This document shows positions 27,558 through 36,822 of a DNA stretch of 64,000 nt, in pieces (the first letter of the stretch is position 1; every line of letters begins with the position of its first letter). A program made the position numbers and the translations under genes. Location: positions 4,708 to 68,707 of the forward strand of contig CAYMMM010000001.1 of NCBI GenBank assembly GCA_964391595.1. The letters are read 5' to 3'. The notes under the pieces were generated by a model, which worked only from the letters and a program-made list of their open reading frames with translations, ran no database searches and was not told where the DNA came from. The stretch comes from an uncultured Candidatus Saccharibacteria bacterium. GTDB lineage: Bacteria > Patescibacteriota > Saccharimonadia > CAILAD01 > GCA-016700035.

Positions 27558-28583
27558 CTATTTATGAAAGTGATTGACGACATTGATCGGGCGACCTTCA
27601 TAGGCGGCCTGAATGTTGTTTCTAGTAGTTTCTCGTATTCGTTGAAGCGCCTCGGCTGAGTTATAGGCATTGTGTGAAGTGAGAACGACGTTTGGTAGCG
27701 AACGAAGGATTTCGAGCTGCTTGATTTCTGCTGGTAGCGTGCGCTTCTCTGCGATGAGGTGGAGTTCTTCTTCGAGCTCAAGAAATTGCTCGCCCTCGAC
27801 AACATCGAGACCAGCGCCGGCTAGCTTCTTTTCCGTAAGCGCTTTGATGAGTGCGCCGGTATGTACCAATGATCCACGTGACGTATTGATGAGTATGGCA
27901 GTGTGTTTCATACGCTCAAGTGCGCGGGCATTGATGAGATGCTTATTTTGTTTTGTAGCCGGTAGATGAAGGCTGAGAATATCAGCCTGTGCGAGTACAT
28001 CGTTCAGGACACAGTATTCAAATCCAAGTTCGATAGAACGAGCATAGTCAGGAAATAGGTCATGGGCTATGACGCGCATCCCAAATCCCCTTCCTATCTG
28101 AATCATGCGCTCTCCAATCCGGCCGGTACCTATCACGCCTAGGGTTTTGCCAAATAATTCAGTGCCTGTAAGCTCACTAGCAGTAATTTCGCCTTCTCGA
28201 ACGGCTTCGATTGTATCTGGCAGTCTACGCAACAATGAAAGTACGAGGAGCATTGCGTATTCAGCTACCGTGTGCTCACCATAGCTTGGAATGTTTGTGA
28301 CGATGATGCCTCTTTTTGTAGCTGCTGCGATATCTACTGCATCATAGCCGGTTGAACGGCAAGCAATGTGCTTGAGCTTCGGAAAGTATTTTAGCTGTAC
28401 TGGACCAATTGTACTCGCAACATGAATGGCGATGACCTCTGCTCGTTTGACAGCTTCGTGAGTGGGGTCAATAACCGGACTTGGTGTCGTAATGACGTCG
28501 TATTGTGGGAAAGAACGCCGAAAGACACGCTCATCTTCTCGAGTACTAGAATATACCAGTAATGCTGGTTTCCTCTTGCTCAT
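27558..28583 (-). CDS. D-isomer-specific 2-hydroxyacid dehydrogenase (hydroxypyruvate/glycerate dehydrogenase-like)
   Basis: 341 aa with an NAD-binding motif (GVIGTGRIGERM) and a catalytic R/E/H triad region. Confidence 0.85.
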   Translation of the reverse strand: MSKRKPALLVYSSTREDERVFRRSFPQYDVITTPSPVIDPTHEAVKRAEVIAIHVASTIGPVQLKYFPKLKHIACRSTGYDAVDIAAATKRGIIVTNIPSYGEHTVAEYAMLLVLSLLRRLPDTIEAVREGEITASELTGTELFGKTLGVIGTGRIGERMIQIGRGFGMRVIAHDLFPDYARSIELGFEYCVLNDVLAQADILSLHLPATKQNKHLINARALERMKHTAILINTSRGSLVHTGALIKALTEKKLAGAGLDVVEGEQFLELEEELHLIAEKRTLPAEIKQLEILRSLPNVVLTSHNAYNSAEALQRIRETTRNNIQAAYEGRPINVVNHFHK

Positions 28584-29854
28584 TGCATATCTCGCAATAC
28601 AAGCATGAAGTCCGAGACATTGGCTGTAACTTTGTTGATATGGAGATGATCATGGAGTTTGCGAAGAGCTTTATAGCTACGATTTGCTTCTACCGCTTGA
28701 TGCGGATTGATTTTTTTACGCTTACATTGCGCGACTGACCACACACTATCGGCGATGGCTCCGGCAACTGGTACGTTGTCCTTGCCATCCGACGCGGCCG
28801 AGATTATGACACTATGCGCTGGCAGATGACCGATTGCAGACAACGCAAGGTCTTGATTTCGACCGCCTTTGCCGGGATGTGAAACAATCACCTCGGTTTC
28901 GCCACATGCGATGAGAGCTTCTCCTGGCTTCACTGCTTTCGCCATCGTAGGGCCGACGTGATTTGCGAGACCATTGACGTGCGTAGAATATACTCTTGGC
29001 TTATATCCTAGGGCGCGAGCTTTGCTTTTCATAGCCTCGAGAGTAGTCCTGCCGTGAGCAATCAGTATGTTGTGTACTTTTGCAAAATATCGTTTGTCCT
29101 TTGGTGTTTCGAGTAGCTGGAGATTTGGGAGACCATATTTCTTAATGATTCGTTGCGCTTGATTCCGCGTTGTTGCATCCATGACAGTTGGGCCTGATGA
29201 AACCATGCTCAGATCATCACCTGGTACATCTGAGATGATCAAACTGGCAACTGTTGAGGGATATGCATAGGCTGCCATGTGGCCGCCATGGAATAGCGAG
29301 ACGTGCTTGCGAACAGTATTGATTTCCTGAATGGTCGCGCCAGCGCGCAGTAAAACAGAACTAATAAACTGCAGCTCAAGACAAGTGAGTCCCCCGGGCT
29401 GGCAAGCTAGTGCTGAACCTCCACCACAGATTAGTGCAATGACCAGATCATTGGCTTGTGTTTGTTTAAGTAGATGAACCATTTGGTTGGTGGCTTTGAT
29501 GTTTTTTTGGGAGGGTAGTGGATGGGTTCCAGCGTAAGATCTGATTTTTTTGAGTCGACGCTTCGTGATGTCGATAACTATGCCGGACTTGATTCGGTGC
29601 ACGCCAAGGATGTGTTCGATATGCTTTGCGGCAAGCGATGAACCCTTACCAACGCCAACGACATAGATATCTTCATATTGCGTTAAATCAAAGGATTGCG
29701 GGCCAATCGTGAGGCGATCATGATCGAGGGACAGACTGTTTTCGAAAATTGTTTCGATTGATATCGACTCGTAGCCCGCCTCGATAATCTCGAGAGCATC
29801 TCGTCTGAGAGGTGTTTTCGCCAGGCTTTCGAAATTTTTGAGAATCATATCCAT
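28580..29854 (-). CDS. Glycerate 2-kinase (MOFRL family)
   Basis: 424 aa with DUF4147/MOFRL-type motifs (VVGVGKGS, LICGGGSAL). It overlaps the dehydrogenase by 4 nt. Confidence 0.7.
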   Translation of the reverse strand: MDMILKNFESLAKTPLRRDALEIIEAGYESISIETIFENSLSLDHDRLTIGPQSFDLTQYEDIYVVGVGKGSSLAAKHIEHILGVHRIKSGIVIDITKRRLKKIRSYAGTHPLPSQKNIKATNQMVHLLKQTQANDLVIALICGGGSALACQPGGLTCLELQFISSVLLRAGATIQEINTVRKHVSLFHGGHMAAYAYPSTVASLIISDVPGDDLSMVSSGPTVMDATTRNQAQRIIKKYGLPNLQLLETPKDKRYFAKVHNILIAHGRTTLEAMKSKARALGYKPRVYSTHVNGLANHVGPTMAKAVKPGEALIACGETEVIVSHPGKGGRNQDLALSAIGHLPAHSVIISAASDGKDNVPVAGAIADSVWSVAQCKRKKINPHQAVEANRSYKALRKLHDHLHINKVTANVSDFMLVLRDMQ

Positions 29855-29899
29855 ATCTTAGCATAAGCATATTGGGAATATATTATCAATGCTGCCTAC

Positions 29900-31102
29900 T
29901 TATCCAACGAAGATCATAACGGCTGAGAGAATCAGACCGAAAATCGGGATGATCAGAGGTATAGATACGGCTGGTTGGCGTTTTGATGGGCGTAGCTTGA
30001 TTGCAATGAGGCTTGCATTCACGAGACAGAAGAGTGCCAATACGGCGTAGCTCGTGAGGCTCGCCAGCGAAACGATAGGGAGACTTAATGCTGCAACTGC
30101 CATAACTATCATGCTTATGACAGTTGCCAGCACGGGTGTCTGCGTTTTGCTGTGTACAGTTGCGAGGTGGGCATGTATAAGTCCTCGTTTCGCCATGCCG
30201 TAAAGAAGCCTCGATACGAGCACGAGGTGGACCAGTATGCCATTGATGGCCGACATGATGCCAATGACAGAAATCAAAGTAGCAGGTGTCTTCGTGATCC
30301 CTGTGAATATGTCGGCTAACGGGGTCTTTGATTGGGCGAGTGTATCGATGGGTATCGCGTGTGTCGCAACTATCACTACCAGCATATATAGTACGGTGGC
30401 GGAGATAAGGGCGATAATGATTGCTTTTGGCATAATGGTCGCTGCCGCGCGAGATTCCTCAGCTACATTGACGATATCTTCGAAGCCGATAAAAGCATAA
30501 AAGGCCAGAAATGCCCCACCCAGCACAGCCGTAGCGGGTACATTGAGTGAGAATGCAGCCTGATAACTCGTCGCGTCTGCAAGTATCCCTCGTCCGGCCC
30601 AGATGATCATCGCCAGCCCTAAGATTTCGAGGATAGTAATAAAAGCCGCGGCGCGCGAAGATTCCTTAATGCCATATGCGGCGATTGCACCAAGGCCGAG
30701 GAAGAGCAGAATGACGAGGAAAGGGGTTGGCAGGTTAACGAAGCTTTGAGTATAGCCCGCAAATCCGATCGCGAGAGTGGCGGACGAGAAGATTGCCGAG
30801 AGCAAGATTAGTATGCCGACGATTTGTGCGAGAGGTTTGAAGCGGAAACCTTCGTGCACGTAGGCGCTTGCCCCCGCGCTGACCGGATAACGGTGCGAGA
30901 GTTCCATATATGAGGCTGCTGTCAGCCCCGCGATGCAAGCCGCGATGATGAATGATAAAGGCGCAGCCTGGCCAGCCACCCCAGCAACCTTACCGATAAG
31001 AACATAAATGCCCGCACCGAGAACATTTCCGAGCCCGAAGAGGGTTAGGATGGGTAGTGTCACGCTGCGCTTGAGTGGTACGGATCGTTGTGCCATTACC
31101 AT
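29900..31102 (-). CDS. APC-family amino acid permease
   Basis: 400 aa with 11-12 TM helices and an amino-acid permease N-terminal signature (GLGNVLGAGIYVLIG). Confidence 0.8.
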   Translation of the reverse strand: MVMAQRSVPLKRSVTLPILTLFGLGNVLGAGIYVLIGKVAGVAGQAAPLSFIIAACIAGLTAASYMELSHRYPVSAGASAYVHEGFRFKPLAQIVGILILLSAIFSSATLAIGFAGYTQSFVNLPTPFLVILLFLGLGAIAAYGIKESSRAAAFITILEILGLAMIIWAGRGILADATSYQAAFSLNVPATAVLGGAFLAFYAFIGFEDIVNVAEESRAAATIMPKAIIIALISATVLYMLVVIVATHAIPIDTLAQSKTPLADIFTGITKTPATLISVIGIMSAINGILVHLVLVSRLLYGMAKRGLIHAHLATVHSKTQTPVLATVISMIVMAVAALSLPIVSLASLTSYAVLALFCLVNASLIAIKLRPSKRQPAVSIPLIIPIFGLILSAVMIFVG

Positions 31103-31153
31103 CTATTTTAGCATGAGTAGTATCAGGTGAAGGCTGTGGAATCCTGGATGAGC

Positions 31154-31411
31154 TTATTGTGCGATGAGCGTTAATTTTTCGCTGCGACTCAGTGTTTTTA
31201 TGCGAGCTTCTTCGCGTAGTGCAGCGCCCTTACCTGTCAGCCGTTGCGAATACACGAGCTGTACAGGTCTGCGTGATCGAGTATACTTTGCGCCCGCATC
31301 TCCCATATTGTGTTGGTTGATTCGCTTGGTAAGATCTCTGCAGACTCCAGTATAGAGGCTGTCGTCGCTGCATCTCACTATATACACCCAATATGGATGA
31401 GTGGCAGGCAC
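31154..31411 (-). CDS. GIY-YIG domain protein (UPF0213-like minimal nuclease)
   Basis: 85 aa with a YWVYIVRCSDDSLYTG...R...H motif arrangement. Confidence 0.7.
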   Translation of the reverse strand: MPATHPYWVYIVRCSDDSLYTGVCRDLTKRINQHNMGDAGAKYTRSRRPVQLVYSQRLTGKGAALREEARIKTLSRSEKLTLIAQ

Positions 31412-32754
31412 TACTCCGTTCGGAGGGCTTCGATTGGGTCGAGCTTAGCGGCCTTGCGTGATGGCAGCCAGCCGGCGAATATCGATACGATCATGAGGAT
31501 GCCAACCAAGCCAACGACTTCATACCATGAGAATATGAGTAGCGAGTTGCCTTCACCGAGATCAAGTTGCTTGGTGATCCAGGGATTAAGTGCTGCGCCG
31601 ACTGCAACCGCACCGAGCGAGCCAATGATGCCGCCGAGAAATCCAATCCACGCCGCTTCAAATCGGAAGAGTCGACCGATGTCACGTTTGCGCATACCAA
31701 GGGCTTTCATGAGTCCAATCTCACGTGTTCTCTGGAGAACACTTATATACATCGTATTGATGACACCGAAGACAGAAGCAATAATCGCGATTGCACCAAA
31801 CCCAGCCACAATCCCCTGTAATACTGTAATGAACTGCGTCAGTGTTTCTTGAGTTTCTTTGACGGACTGCGATATGTAGCCCTGTTCTTTGAATTTGTCC
31901 TGAGCTGCTTTGAGCGTAGCTGGGTCTTCACCATCTTTGATTTGTGCAAAGACGAACAGGTATTTGCGATAGTTGGCTGTCCCCTTTGTGGCGATATCTT
32001 GCAGGTCTCGAGCATCATCTTGGCCTACGAAGAGATACAGCTCGGTACCAGGCTGTACCGCAGAAGAGCGCTTGAGTACTGCGGATATCGTAAACTCCGT
32101 AGCGACAATCTCTTTTGCGGGATCGACGGATCCGGTTGGGCTAAATTGTGCCGTATTACTGGCGGGCTTAGCTACAGCCAAAGAAATCTTCTTACCTATA
32201 GCATCTTGTGGCGAATTGAAGCCGAGTACAGAGAGATAAGCCTCTGGTATGACAACATTTTTGTCGCCAAGTGGGCGCTGTATTTCTCCAGCCAAAAGCT
32301 CCGGCTTTTCAAATGGATTGACTGCCTGGGCGTTACCGAGGTATTTCTTCTGGCCATCACGAGTAATATATTCGAGACTCGCCGTGATATTTTCGCGAAC
32401 CCTCGTCACACCCTCGATTTGTTTGATCTTTTGTATATCATCATCGGTGATCTGTTTAATCTGCGTACTTGCTCCAGCGCGGATGACTGAAGTGGATGCT
32501 CCGCCGTCATATTCTTTTGGTTTAGAGTTATCACCCCGACCGAGTAGTGCCTCGTCATTGCCGACGATGAGTTCAGCTGGATCAAAATTGTCAGAGATAA
32601 TTTTATTCACATAGCTATTGGCACCATTGCTCGCGGCTAGCGTGAGGGTGAGCGCAAAAGTACCAACGGCGATAGCGAGCGCGGTGAGTATGGTACGCCC
32701 TTTGGCTGAGCGGAGGCTACGTCCAGAACGACGTATCAGGTCTCGTAATATCAT
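31411..32754 (-). CDS. ABC transporter permease, FtsX/MacB-type
   Basis: 447 aa with an N-terminal TM helix, a large extracytoplasmic domain and a C-terminal FtsX 3-TM bundle. Confidence 0.8.
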   Translation of the reverse strand: MILRDLIRRSGRSLRSAKGRTILTALAIAVGTFALTLTLAASNGANSYVNKIISDNFDPAELIVGNDEALLGRGDNSKPKEYDGGASTSVIRAGASTQIKQITDDDIQKIKQIEGVTRVRENITASLEYITRDGQKKYLGNAQAVNPFEKPELLAGEIQRPLGDKNVVIPEAYLSVLGFNSPQDAIGKKISLAVAKPASNTAQFSPTGSVDPAKEIVATEFTISAVLKRSSAVQPGTELYLFVGQDDARDLQDIATKGTANYRKYLFVFAQIKDGEDPATLKAAQDKFKEQGYISQSVKETQETLTQFITVLQGIVAGFGAIAIIASVFGVINTMYISVLQRTREIGLMKALGMRKRDIGRLFRFEAAWIGFLGGIIGSLGAVAVGAALNPWITKQLDLGEGNSLLIFSWYEVVGLVGILMIVSIFAGWLPSRKAAKLDPIEALRTE

Positions 32755-33467
32755 TATTTTTTGCCCACTTTCTTAGCTTGCTTGAATTTACTCATGCCGA
32801 CTACTTCGCGAATCTCGCCGTCTTTCATGTATATTTTCAGTTCACATCTATCGGCAAGTTCTTCATCGTGCGTGACGATCACAAGTGTACACCCGAGTTT
32901 TTTATTGAGGTCAAAGAGTAGCTTAATAATGAGCTCACCAGTAGTGCTGTCGAGATTACCGGTCGGCTCGTCAGCGAAGATAAGCTTTGGCTTATTGACG
33001 ATGGCGCGTGCGATCGCCAGGCGTTGTTTTTGACCGCCAGATAGATTCGCAGCCAGTGAATTGATTTTGTCGAGCAAGTCCACTGCCTTGAGCGCTTCCT
33101 CTACCTTCTTGCGACGCTCACGATTTGGGACCTTTGCAATCTCGAGCGGGAGCATGACGTTTTGGTAGCAGGTTTGGTTTGCTTCAACGAAAAATGCCTG
33201 GAAGATAAAGCTCATCTCAGTAGCGCGGAAGCGGTCCATTTGCTTAGCTTTCATGCTTTGCAAGCTGGTGCCGTTGATAATTACCTCGCCACTCGTAGCG
33301 TGGTCGAGTCCACTCATGACATGCATGAGAGTCGACTTGCCAGAGCCAGATTTACCAATCACAGCTACCGTAGCGCCTTTCGGGATAGTTGTATTGATCT
33401 TATAGAGTGCGGTGAATAGATTTTCACCCTTGCCATAAGTTTTGGTGACGTCTTTTACTTCAATCAT
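32754..33467 (-). CDS. ABC transporter ATP-binding protein (MacB/LolD-type)
   Basis: 237 aa with Walker A (GKSGSGKST), the LSGGQKQR signature and Walker B. Confidence 0.9.
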   Translation of the reverse strand: MIEVKDVTKTYGKGENLFTALYKINTTIPKGATVAVIGKSGSGKSTLMHVMSGLDHATSGEVIINGTSLQSMKAKQMDRFRATEMSFIFQAFFVEANQTCYQNVMLPLEIAKVPNRERRKKVEEALKAVDLLDKINSLAANLSGGQKQRLAIARAIVNKPKLIFADEPTGNLDSTTGELIIKLLFDLNKKLGCTLVIVTHDEELADRCELKIYMKDGEIREVVGMSKFKQAKKVGKK

Positions 33468-33527
33468 TAAAGTTAATTATACCAAACTTTTCTGAGACTT
33501 TTCTGAGCATGCCTAGCTAATCTGTAA

Positions 33528-34100
33528 TTAGTTGAAGCGAACGATCATCCAGCCAGCTACCATCACAGTCCAGGCAGCCCAAAACGCAAGATCATACCGT
33601 TTGGCGACTGCATGTGCGAGTAAGGTGCGTGTCGGTCTATGTGGGAAGTCCTCGACATTTAAGCGTAGCCAAACAAGGTTGAGTAAAATAACTGCCCCGT
33701 AGCAAAATATGCAGAAGATACACAGGCTACCGATCACGAACGTACTTTGCCAGAGATACCAAGCTCCGAAGAGCAAGAAAAAGACGCTTGCAGCCTGCAG
33801 GCTTAGGCGCAGATTGCGCGAGAGCTGAGCACCGGTCAGTCCGGCTAGTCCAGCGCCCAGTAGAACCGCAAAAAATGCCAGACACATGATAGCGTTTGAG
33901 AAGCCAAAGACCGAGGATTGCCAGGCACCGAAGACATTTGAGCAACTGAAGACACTATTGAGGTTACAAAAGAGGTCTTTCGTTGGTGCTTCGGCGTATT
34001 GGATGCGCTCGATAATTTGGATAAATGATGCTGTTCCGCCGACGAGTGCGGCACCGACGACTGTCTGCCAGAGATAGAGATGTTTCGTGGGCTTTGTCAT
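33528..34100 (-). CDS. VKOR-like membrane oxidoreductase (putative)
   Basis: 190 aa, polytopic, with a loop Cys pair and an intramembrane CIFC (CxxC). Confidence 0.5.
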   Translation of the reverse strand: MTKPTKHLYLWQTVVGAALVGGTASFIQIIERIQYAEAPTKDLFCNLNSVFSCSNVFGAWQSSVFGFSNAIMCLAFFAVLLGAGLAGLTGAQLSRNLRLSLQAASVFFLLFGAWYLWQSTFVIGSLCIFCIFCYGAVILLNLVWLRLNVEDFPHRPTRTLLAHAVAKRYDLAFWAAWTVMVAGWMIVRFN

Positions 34101-34139
34101 AACCCCAGTATACGCCCATCGGGGTTAGGCGTCTGCTTC

Positions 34140-34439
34140 TTAGGCTTCCGAGCTAGCTCCGCCGAGGAGTTGTTGTAGATCCTCCAGGATCCCCTGTCCA
34201 ATGCCTAATATTCCTGCCACCCAAGACTGAACGGTACCGAGTAATTGGTTGATATCGAGGGCGATATTGGTGTTTGAGGCCAGCTGGAAGATCGCCAGTG
34301 CACCGACGACGAGCACGACTGCGGCGAGTCCGAAGAGCGCAAATGCGGCGACCATCGCCACGACTCCGAGGGATTTAATCCTTGGATCCTTGAGATTGAT
34401 ATATTTCATCAGGCCTGCAAATTTTAGGGCTTTTTTCAC
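34140..34439 (-). CDS. Small membrane protein (hypothetical)
   Basis: 99 aa with two TM helices. Confidence 0.35.
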   Translation of the reverse strand: MKKALKFAGLMKYINLKDPRIKSLGVVAMVAAFALFGLAAVVLVVGALAIFQLASNTNIALDINQLLGTVQSWVAGILGIGQGILEDLQQLLGGASSEA

Positions 34440-34511
34440 ACTGCCTCCATATATTACTGGCTCATTGTATGAGAGTTTTCTAAGAATTTGCTGAGCGTTT
34501 ACGTATGGGCA

Positions 34512-34781
34512 CTAAAGTTCGGAGTCGGACTCGAGTGTCTCTTGGTTGATGCCGTTTGTCACGTTCGTGAAGCCGAGCCTGGTGAGGATTTGCGAGGACT
34601 GATGCGCACGTACACCCGAGCGGCAGTAGACGATGATCGGAGTGTCTTTTGCGAGATTAGCGAGTACCGGTGGGTTTGACTCGAGCGTACCGACTGGAGC
34701 GTTTATCGCCCCCTCGGCATGGCCGGCGGCATATTCACTCGGTTCGCGCACATCGATGATCGTTGGCTGGGTGGTATTCAT
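34512..34781 (-). CDS. Single-domain rhodanese-like sulfurtransferase
   Basis: 89 aa with an active-site loop CRSGVRA. Confidence 0.8.
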   Translation of the reverse strand: MNTTQPTIIDVREPSEYAAGHAEGAINAPVGTLESNPPVLANLAKDTPIIVYCRSGVRAHQSSQILTRLGFTNVTNGINQETLESDSEL

Positions 34782-34906
34782 ACTTATATTATACTCTCCT
34801 CGCGCAAGCTACGTATCCTTACCAAGATATGCAAGAGCTTATTACATGCCTAGGTAAAGGCCAGACTATCGCGCTGGCCGGCGGGTCTCATGTGACCTGA
34901 GAAGTG

Positions 34907-35314
34907 TCAGAGGTACTGACCGGGAAAACTGTCTCCCTGGGGTTCTGAGCCGATCTTCTGGCGAACCCTCTCGAGTGTCTGCTCGATAATCTGCCTGCGA
35001 ATGGCTTCCAATTCTTCGCCGATGGCAGGGTGTTGCGTAAGGCGCATGACGATTTCTTCTAGTGCTTCATAGCCATCAACCTCATGGTATTCAGGCTCCT
35101 GCAGACCAAGCGCGACACCAAGATCGGATTCAAGCTTGGCAATCATGCGCTGGGCCTGCGGCGGTAGATCCATATCTTCTACTTCGAAGACTGTCAGGAT
35201 GTACGTACATGCGTAGAACGGTGTTGTACTTGTGATCTGAAAGATCTCGATCTGAGGCGGCATGAGCGCACGCGGCGTGACTCGAAGCTCAAACGTGGGT
35301 GTTAGATTGGTCAT
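34907..35314 (-). CDS. Hypothetical acidic protein, divergent from phhA
   Basis: Probable start is MTNLTP at ATG 35312-35314, preceded by AAAGGGGAG; the listed ORF start is further upstream. There is no family I recognise. Confidence 0.45.
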   Translation of the reverse strand: MTNLTPTFELRVTPRALMPPQIEIFQITSTTPFYACTYILTVFEVEDMDLPPQAQRMIAKLESDLGVALGLQEPEYHEVDGYEALEEIVMRLTQHPAIGEELEAIRRQIIEQTLERVRQKIGSEPQGDSFPGQYL

Positions 35315-35401
35315 GGACTCCCCTTTCGGGTGGTAGGTGCGAGGTGCAAGAATTATGTCAAATAATACTGACAGTGTCAAGCAAATTAGTCCATTTTTGA
35401 T

Positions 35402-35430
35402 TGACAATGTATGTACATACTGATACTGTC
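35402..35430 (+). promoter_or_regulatory. Putative promoter (TTGACA, 17-nt spacer, TACTGT) for the phhA leader
   Basis: The -35 hexamer is consensus but the -10 is weak. It overlaps palindromic operator-like motifs. Confidence 0.3.
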
Positions 35431-35436
35431 AGACGT

Positions 35437-35514
35437 ATGAATATCTCATTTGGCAAGCGCTATTACGAAGTCCCCCACTATTCGGCGGACTATTTGCGCA
35501 TGTCATATATATAA
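35437..35514 (+). CDS. Putative Tyr-rich leader peptide (MNISFGKRYYEVPHYSADYLRMSYI)
   Basis: A 25-codon ORF (ATG to TAA) with 5 Tyr codons including a tandem YY. It ends 24 nt before the terminator hairpin and has no strong SD (possibly leaderless). This is speculative. Confidence 0.3.
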   Translation: MNISFGKRYYEVPHYSADYLRMSYI

Positions 35515-35537
35515 AACGAACTATTGTAACTACACAG

Positions 35538-35559
35538 ACCGCCGAAAGGCGGTTTTTTT
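35538..35559 (+). terminator. Intrinsic terminator/attenuator immediately upstream of the phhA RBS
   Basis: An ACCGCC-GAAA-GGCGGU stem with a GNRA loop is followed by U7. Its 5' arm (CCGCCGAA, 35539-35546) is perfectly complementary to the upstream UUCGGCGG (35481-35488), offering an antiterminator alternative. Confidence 0.55.
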
Positions 35560-35588
35560 GTTTCAGATCAATATTTATAGGAGATAGT

Positions 35589-36365
35589 ATGAAATCATCT
35601 ACACGACAATTAGAAATCATAAACCTAGCAACCGCTGCTCATGCCACTCCTGCCCACATTGTGTACACACCAGAAGAACATCGGGTGTGGGAGACCGTTT
35701 GTGATGCACTGATGCCTATCTGGGAAGCACGGGTTGCTTACGAGGTATTGATAGCTAGCGCGCGACTAAACTTACCCACCGGGTCGATCCCGCAACTGAC
35801 GGATGTATCGCGCGCACTTGAGTGTGTAAGTGGTTTTGAATTTCGGGCAGTGGGAGGACTGGCTCCGCGCGAAGAATTCTTTGGCAATCTAGCCCATAAA
35901 CGCTTCTTGTCTACCCAGTACATTCGAGATGCGCAGACACCGTTTTACACCGAGCAGCCCGACATCATCCATGAAGTAATTGGGCATGCGACCTTACTAG
36001 CCGATCCGCAGCTGGCTGAGCTGCATCGCTTGGCTGGAAAAGCATTAATATCTGTAGAGACCGAATCGGCTAAGCAGTTCATCGCAAATGTCTGGTGGTT
36101 TTCGGGAGAATTTGGCCTGGTGCGCCAAAGTGATGGCATTCGTGCTGTTGGAGCAGGGCTTCTATCATCAGTGCATGAGCTGCAGAATATGCTGCAAGCT
36201 AAGCTCGTCCCGATGGACCCGACTGTCATGGGTCATACTTCGTATGACATTGATCAGCTTCAGACTACGCTCTTCGTGGCTGAATCGATGGCGCAGTTTG
36301 TGCAGCTCATCGGTGACTTTTTTAGGAAAGTGGATGACCAGATGATTGCCGAGATTATGATGTGA
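35589..36365 (+). CDS. phhA: Phenylalanine 4-hydroxylase (biopterin-dependent aromatic amino acid hydroxylase)
   Basis: 258 aa. The PDIIHEVIGHATLL segment carries the two iron-ligand His residues, and the length is typical of prokaryotic PAH. Confidence 0.8.
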   Translation: MKSSTRQLEIINLATAAHATPAHIVYTPEEHRVWETVCDALMPIWEARVAYEVLIASARLNLPTGSIPQLTDVSRALECVSGFEFRAVGGLAPREEFFGNLAHKRFLSTQYIRDAQTPFYTEQPDIIHEVIGHATLLADPQLAELHRLAGKALISVETESAKQFIANVWWFSGEFGLVRQSDGIRAVGAGLLSSVHELQNMLQAKLVPMDPTVMGHTSYDIDQLQTTLFVAESMAQFVQLIGDFFRKVDDQMIAEIMM

Positions 36366-36396
36366 ATGAAAAGGCATCCATTGCTTCAGATAATCT

Positions 36397-36822
36397 TTAG
36401 ATAGCAACTGGGAAGCTGCGGACAAAATCTGACAGTTGATTTGGATCTTTGTGAAAGTTTACGAGGATGTGATTGTCCAGGGCATTGTGCTTAATAAGTG
36501 TTTCGCGCTCGATCGTGTACAGATCGTCGTCAAACCAAAGGAATGGTTTTGTAAAATCAATCCCCTCAGTCTTCCAGGTGCCCCACTCGCTATCTTTGAT
36601 GAGATGTAGACGTTGCGCCACCTCTGGCTTGAGGTACGGCGCGAGGTGTGCGATGGCGTTACTCTCGCCGTGCCATTGGTGGGTAGTTAGCCAGTACGTT
36701 GTATCGGGATAACGGTCGAGCACGAGACTGAGAAATTCATTCGCATATGGAGCAGCCTCGCCAATGTCCATTAGAAGTACGCCATCTATATCGAGATAGA
36801 TATTAGGCGTATGCTTACTCAT
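36397..36822 (-). CDS. HAD-superfamily-like hydrolase (putative)
   Basis: 141 aa with the N-terminal motif I (IYLDIDGVLL). Confidence 0.5.
   Translation of the reverse strand: MSKHTPNIYLDIDGVLLMDIGEAAPYANEFLSLVLDRYPDTTYWLTTHQWHGESNAIAHLAPYLKPEVAQRLHLIKDSEWGTWKTEGIDFTKPFLWFDDDLYTIERETLIKHNALDNHILVNFHKDPNQLSDFVRSFPVAI

Noticed and set aside
35429-35620. A 63-aa minus-strand ORF spans the phhA control region.
   Set aside because: It overlaps the terminator, leader and phhA start. It has no RBS, and the region is better explained as regulatory RNA.
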